Positions 27,190 to 32,000 of a stretch of DNA of 32,000 nt are shown here, piece after piece. The notes below the pieces were generated by a model, which did not search any database, was not told the DNA's origin, and worked only from the letters and a program-made list of their open reading frames with translations. The DNA is from Candidatus Harpocratesius repetitus (GTDB lineage Archaea > Asgardarchaeota > Lokiarchaeia > Sigyniarchaeales > Promethearchaeaceae): the NCBI GenBank assembly GCA_021498095.1, contig JAIZWK010000001.1:3330001-3362000 (forward strand). Reading direction: 5' to 3'. Made by a program: the position numbers and the translations under genes. Each line of letters opens with the position of its first letter. Position 1 is the first letter of the stretch.

Positions 27190-27465
27190 ATGGTAAAATT
27201 TGAAAAACGCAGACCAACTGAAGAAGAATTAAAGAAACTTGGGGTAAATAATTGGGGAATTTGGACTAAAGAAGTTTCTGAATTTGATTGGGAATATGAT
27301 AGCCCTGAAACCTTTTATGTTCTTGAAGGTGAAGCAGAAATTGTTTCTGGGGATGAAAAAATCGAATTTCAACCTGGAGACTTGGTAACATGCCATGAAG
27401 GAGTTAAGTGTGTATGGCATGTGAAAAAACCGATAAAAAAACACTACTATTTTGGTAAAATATAA
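27190..27465 (+). CDS. Cupin_3 (DUF861/EutQ-like) protein, 91 aa
   Basis: WGIW...FDWEYD..ETFYVLEGEAEI...GDLV...G..CVWHV pattern; AGGTGA upstream. Confidence 0.88.
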   Translation: MVKFEKRRPTEEELKKLGVNNWGIWTKEVSEFDWEYDSPETFYVLEGEAEIVSGDEKIEFQPGDLVTCHEGVKCVWHVKKPIKKHYYFGKI

Positions 27466-27491
27466 GTTCTTTTGATAATTTCTTATTTTTT

Positions 27492-30026
27492 TCATTTTTT
27501 TTTTATTTGATATTTTGTATGTATTTTTATCTTACCACCACAATTCAAACAACGAACAAATTGAGGTGCAATATTTGGCTTTACGAATTGCCAGATATAT
27601 TCACCACATAATCCACACATAAATTCAATTAATAATTCTTGAGTGCGTCCTATTTGAATATCAATTATTGATCCTTTTAAAGGAGGATTCTCTATCAATG
27701 CTAATCCTTCTTTTCCCTCGTTTCTTTTTTTTTTTTGTCCATTCATTATTGAAATATCATAATGGGGATCTCCTTCTTTAAAGGGCCCATTTATATCCAA
27801 TCCCCAGTTCCCTTCAGGAGTTTCTACTATAATATAATATTTTTTTATATTCACAGTTTTTGTTCTTAAAAATTTCTGAGCTTTGATTACAGATGGCCCT
27901 GAATAAATTTCATAAAATAAATCTTTTACTTTTTCTGTTTTTTTAAAATAAATTTTAAATTCAGGATAATCAGTAAATTCGGTTGGAATTTCGTAAGATA
28001 ATGTTTCATCTACATCTTTTTTGATTGTATCGGCAGGTTGATGTATTTTTATGGTTTTTTTTGTAGAAAATTGTTGAAGTGTTTGTACATTGGATTTAGA
28101 AGGAATTAAGTTCGAAAATTTTCGATATTCATTTAATATTTCAGATATCTCTACTGCCAGATTATGTGCTATTGCTGATTTTAAACGATTTTCAAAAAAT
28201 TTGGCAATCTCAGTAGCTTTAGAATTTCCTTCTTTTATATATATTTTAATAAGGACGAAGCAAATTTGTAAATACTCATATAAATTTCCTGAGGTTTCTG
28301 TAAGAAATTTTGCATATTCTAAAATTAATTTAGCTTCTTGAATTTTACCTTGTTGTAGAAGAAAAAAACTATATTCAAGTTCAATTAAACAAAGATCTTC
28401 TAATTTTGGAGAAGAATTTGCATAAAAATGACATTGTTTGAAATATTGCTCCGCTTGATCAAAATCTTTTCTTAACACAGAAAGTTTAGCAAAACCTAAA
28501 TAAGAAAGTTCAATTTTTTTTTTTGAATTGCAACCTCTTATTAACATTTCTGATTTTTTAAAATCATCGACTGCCAAAGAAAGATCATTTGTAATAATAT
28601 TTATATTACCCATTAGTTGAAACCATTGAGCCATTATTAAGGAGTATTCGATCAGAAAATGAGAAAGTTCACACCTTTGAATATCATTTAAAACACTATA
28701 CAAAAGCAATTGTGCTTGATTAACTTTATCATTTCTAATTAAGTTTCTCGCATAATGAATAAGAATATTTAAATATTTAGAATATTGTTCAAGTGAATTA
28801 AATCTCTCTCTAAAAATTTCTAAAGATTTTGCATAATATTTTATTGATTTATCATAATATAGAAATTTTTCAAAAATTACAGCAGGAAGGTAATATTTAA
28901 ACCATTTAGGAGTGGATATTTTCTTTAGAGAATACTTATTACTATTTTTACTAAAGATATTTAAAGAGATGTTTCCAAAATGAAATATTTCTTTCCAGAG
29001 ATACTTGATTAATTCAATAGTATTAACTTTGACAATAAATATATTTTCCGCCTTTCTTTTTTCAGTTTCAACTAAGTGATTTAAAAAATTTTGTAATTTT
29101 ATATCAATATCAAGAGAAACAGATTTTTTAGAATTAGTTTTATTTTTATTTTCTAAATCATTGCGATTTGATTTGATATCTTGATTCAATTTATAAATTT
29201 GAGCATTATTTACATCAAAATTAACATCATGCTGAATCCAGATTATTCTTTTATTGCTTTTAATTTGATTAATAGAAGGCAAAATATCAAAATCATCCAT
29301 TCCTGAATATCCAAGAATAATTATATCTGAAAGAATCAAGTCATTCTTAAATATTTTAAATTTCCAAGGTTCTAAACCAAAAAAGGTACGATACATATAC
29401 TTTTCATTTAAGTTAGGTTGCTCGATACCCATTTTATGACTGAAAATCTGACTTAATGTAGATTGAAATGAATTTCGAGTGTCTGTTTGTGAAACTATAT
29501 TTTTTAAAGAACCATGTAATTTGAAAACTCTTGCTTTTGAAGAGGTTAAAAGATTTAAATCACTCCAATCTTCATATGTGATAACAGGTTTCAATTCCTT
29601 AGAAATACTTTTATCAGAAATAAAGGCAATTTCAATTAAAGAATCAAAATTCGTTGTATAAATAAAATTTTCATTTGCTGCGCAATGTGCTAAAAATAAA
29701 TGAATTAAATTGAAATTTTGGCATTTTTCATAAATTTCAAGAATTTCAAGATTTGGATCAATATTTTCCGTAATTATTTCCATTAATTGTTCAAACCTAA
29801 GAAATTCTCCAAAAAGATATTGATTATTTGATTTATAATTCATTAAAGAAATTATTGAATCTATTTCAGGTTGTATGCAAATGGAATTCAATAATGAACG
29901 TGTTAACTCATAACCTGAAGGCAAATTTGTTGGAGACTCAACTGAAATTCCAGAACCAGCTAAAAAAGAATATTTTTGATAAAAAAAAAGATCAGATATT
30001 TTTAAGGTACTTTTTATCCAATACAT
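27492..30026 (-). CDS. SIR2-like (SIR2_2) domain + TPR-like repeats + C-terminal unknown domain and zinc ribbon, 844 aa
   Basis: FLAGSGIS, YTTNFD, FKLHGS and ILGYSG sirtuin motifs; AxxYYxxA-type helical repeats in the middle; CGLC...CLNC at the end. Confidence 0.85.
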   Translation of the reverse strand: MYWIKSTLKISDLFFYQKYSFLAGSGISVESPTNLPSGYELTRSLLNSICIQPEIDSIISLMNYKSNNQYLFGEFLRFEQLMEIITENIDPNLEILEIYEKCQNFNLIHLFLAHCAANENFIYTTNFDSLIEIAFISDKSISKELKPVITYEDWSDLNLLTSSKARVFKLHGSLKNIVSQTDTRNSFQSTLSQIFSHKMGIEQPNLNEKYMYRTFFGLEPWKFKIFKNDLILSDIIILGYSGMDDFDILPSINQIKSNKRIIWIQHDVNFDVNNAQIYKLNQDIKSNRNDLENKNKTNSKKSVSLDIDIKLQNFLNHLVETEKRKAENIFIVKVNTIELIKYLWKEIFHFGNISLNIFSKNSNKYSLKKISTPKWFKYYLPAVIFEKFLYYDKSIKYYAKSLEIFRERFNSLEQYSKYLNILIHYARNLIRNDKVNQAQLLLYSVLNDIQRCELSHFLIEYSLIMAQWFQLMGNINIITNDLSLAVDDFKKSEMLIRGCNSKKKIELSYLGFAKLSVLRKDFDQAEQYFKQCHFYANSSPKLEDLCLIELEYSFFLLQQGKIQEAKLILEYAKFLTETSGNLYEYLQICFVLIKIYIKEGNSKATEIAKFFENRLKSAIAHNLAVEISEILNEYRKFSNLIPSKSNVQTLQQFSTKKTIKIHQPADTIKKDVDETLSYEIPTEFTDYPEFKIYFKKTEKVKDLFYEIYSGPSVIKAQKFLRTKTVNIKKYYIIVETPEGNWGLDINGPFKEGDPHYDISIMNGQKKKRNEGKEGLALIENPPLKGSIIDIQIGRTQELLIEFMCGLCGEYIWQFVKPNIAPQFVRCLNCGGKIKIHTKYQIKKK

Positions 30027-30032
30027 GAAAAA

Positions 30033-32000
30033 TCACAATTTTTCTTCAAAATTAAAATAAAATCCAATAGATTGGAAATCACCTAGTAAAGGGTTATTCC
30101 CTTCGACAATAGCTTCAAATGGAACCAGTACATTTGGTTTAAGTTTTATATTATCTGGTGCATTAGTAATTACTTTTTCTGAAAATCCACAAATAGGATG
30201 CTCAATATCGACTAAAGATTTAATCCATTCTTCAAATTTAGCATAATTTATCATCCATTTTTTATCAAATGTGTTAGAATTTGTTGGAATATTTTTACAT
30301 ATAGCTAAACCTTTTTGCATTTCTTTATTGTTTATATATTTAATTAAAGTTGGAGCATTAAGATCTGCACTTTTTGCCAAAAACGTAGATAAATTTGTTG
30401 AATTAGCCAAAGTGATCTTTTTAAATAAAGATTTATTTGTATCATCAAAGTACTTTTCTTTATTTGGTGATATAAAGATTACATTAAACTTTTCTTTAGA
30501 TAATATTGATTTTTGCTCTTCTTCTAATTGTTCCTGATTTTCATTCTTTTTATTAATATCAACAAAAGAAGAAATCATATCTTTAATTATTTTTACAAAA
30601 GAGAATTCTTCATTATTTTTATTTACTACTTCTCTTGCAAATTCTAATAAATTTTCTCCATTAATTATCTTACCCCCTTGTACTTCTGCTTTAGATACAA
30701 ATTCTTTGGTTTCTTTAATTATTGAAGATTCTTCAAACTCATTCAGATCTCCTAAATATTTTATATAATCATAAAATTTACCTAAAAGAAATTTCTTAGT
30801 TTGAATTAGTTCAACCAATACATCTTTTTCTATATTTTCTTTGATTTTTTCTTCTTGAAGTCTATTTAAAATCATTTCTATGATCCAAATTATTGGTTTG
30901 CTAATCATAAATGATTTTTTTAACTTAGATGAATGATCACTTAAAAATAGAATTTCAATAATATTTGTTATATAAAATTGCAAAGTATATATTAAATCGA
31001 CTTTCTCAATTTGATTTCCTTGTTTAATAAATCTTGGGATAATTGTTGGATTTGGATTATTATTCCAATTAAATGATGTTTTCGATTTTTTTGGACGAAT
31101 TAAACCCAAATCTTGTTCAATTTCTACCTTTTGGTTAAAATTTATAATTTCCTTATTGAAAATGTATTCAAAATTTTTAAAAACAAAATCTAATTCCTCA
31201 TGATTTGCCAAAGATTTCTTATTATGATCTTTTGAAAAGATGCTAATAATAAAATCGATAATTTTTCTAAATCCATTTTTTTTTATCGGAATTAAGGCTT
31301 TTTGGAAAAGTGATGTCGTATCATATAAAATGTTTATCATAGCTTGATAACTACAATTGCACACTTGCTTATTATCATCATAAGATAAGCGAACAAGGTT
31401 GTAAAAATAATAAAACAAAGCAAATCGTAAATAAATCAATGAATAAGTTTGTAATTTTTTAGGTAAAAGATGAAGCTGATTTTTATAAAATCCAAATGGA
31501 ATTTCGCCGATATTTGACAAAGTTTCAATTATTAATCGACGAATAAGAACATCTTTTGATTGGAAATACTTATAATAATCATCAATAGTCATCTCTCCAA
31601 ACCATGAAAGTGCCTGAATGATAACCAGTAGAGGCAGTTTTTCATTTTCATGGATAAATTCTTTTACATTTGTTAAATATCCTTGATTAGATACAATTGA
31701 CAATCCAAATAGCTTTATAATTTTATGATAGTTTTGTTTATTATTTTGAAACTGACTTAATTCTTCTTCGATATTTTTATTATAAAATAATTTAGAAATT
31801 AAGATAAACAATTTTATTTCTATATCATCAAAGAATTCCATAGAAGAAATAATATCCAAATTTATTTGCTTTAAAATAATATATTTTAAGAAAATATGCA
31901 TATTAAGATCTGAATCTGCACTATTAACAAAAGGAAATATATATTCATAATTTTTTACAGGATCTGTTCCTAAAATATCAATTGCTTGAATTTTAATTGA
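30033..32000 (-). CDS. HEAT-repeat-containing protein, 5'-truncated by the window edge (>655 aa)
   Basis: Manual translation shows the frame stays open from 31901 to 32000 (SIKIQAIDILGTDPVKNYEYIFPFVNSADSDLN-MHIF). HEAT-like units QSKDVLIRRLIIETLSNIG and SYDDNKQVCNCSYQAM. The stop is 6 bp before the SIR2 gene start. Confidence 0.7.
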   Translation of the reverse strand, partial: SIKIQAIDILGTDPVKNYEYIFPFVNSADSDLNMHIFLKYIILKQINLDIISSMEFFDDIEIKLFILISKLFYNKNIEEELSQFQNNKQNYHKIIKLFGLSIVSNQGYLTNVKEFIHENEKLPLLVIIQALSWFGEMTIDDYYKYFQSKDVLIRRLIIETLSNIGEIPFGFYKNQLHLLPKKLQTYSLIYLRFALFYYFYNLVRLSYDDNKQVCNCSYQAMINILYDTTSLFQKALIPIKKNGFRKIIDFIISIFSKDHNKKSLANHEELDFVFKNFEYIFNKEIINFNQKVEIEQDLGLIRPKKSKTSFNWNNNPNPTIIPRFIKQGNQIEKVDLIYTLQFYITNIIEILFLSDHSSKLKKSFMISKPIIWIIEMILNRLQEEKIKENIEKDVLVELIQTKKFLLGKFYDYIKYLGDLNEFEESSIIKETKEFVSKAEVQGGKIINGENLLEFAREVVNKNNEEFSFVKIIKDMISSFVDINKKNENQEQLEEEQKSILSKEKFNVIFISPNKEKYFDDTNKSLFKKITLANSTNLSTFLAKSADLNAPTLIKYINNKEMQKGLAICKNIPTNSNTFDKKWMINYAKFEEWIKSLVDIEHPICGFSEKVITNAPDNIKLKPNVLVPFEAIVEGNNPLLGDFQSIGFYFNFEEKL

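Noticed and set aside
27492-30026. Canonical protein-deacylase sirtuin (CobB/Sir2), or Thoeris ThsA
   Set aside because: It lacks the Zn-binding Cys insertion within the sirtuin domain and has the KLHGS SIR2_2 signature. The C-terminus is TPR-like rather than SLOG/macro, and no TIR gene is visible.
2259-31901. Short ORFs overlapping larger genes on the opposite strand or in another frame (e.g. 2259, 2486, 5182, 8274, 8548, 9610, 9780, 10470, 12605, 18427, 18793, 22893, 23616, 25474, 26157, 27229, 28090, 29479, 29828, 30271)
   Set aside because: Each overlaps a better-supported CDS and has no recognisable motif.
1-32000. tRNA, rRNA, integrase or prophage genes
   Set aside because: No cloverleaf, rRNA-like GC-rich segment or viral hallmark was recognised by eye; tRNAscan-SE/Infernal would be needed to exclude them formally.

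Overview
AT-rich archaeal window whose gene content points to an Asgard archaeon, probably Lokiarchaeia (inference from two unprenylated Rab-like GTPases, an archaeal DTD2 deacylase, a PDCD5-like protein and GGAG/GAGGTGA ribosome-binding sites). It holds about 25 protein-coding genes; I saw no rRNA, tRNA or CRISPR array. Main observations: (1) A ~297-bp non-coding MITE-like element occurs three times. One copy is intact (26774-27070), one is cut by the window edge (1-119), and one has an internal deletion and was split by two IS elements inserted 12 bp apart. The intact copy serves as the empty site and supports both insertion boundaries. (2) One of these is an intact IS630 with 28/29-bp inverted ends, a -1 frameshift transposase and a convergent DUF3024-like passenger gene. 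The other is a decayed IS4-superfamily element with a 7-bp target duplication. (3) Several eukaryote-like candidates sit near the GTPases: a Zn-site + TRAPP/V4R-like protein convergent with one GTPase, a 1165-aa repeat/coiled-coil protein divergent from the other, and a HEAT + tandem winged-helix (UFL1-like) protein. (4) A translationally coupled membrane pair consists of a CBS + 4-TM protein and a Gly/Arg/Tyr-rich 2-TM double-zinc-ribbon protein. (5) Defence-like genes include an MntA-HepT toxin-antitoxin pair, an Mrr-like nuclease, and a SIR2-TPR-Zn-ribbon gene coupled to a HEAT-repeat gene that runs off the window end. All family calls come from motif recognition by eye; no database search was run.
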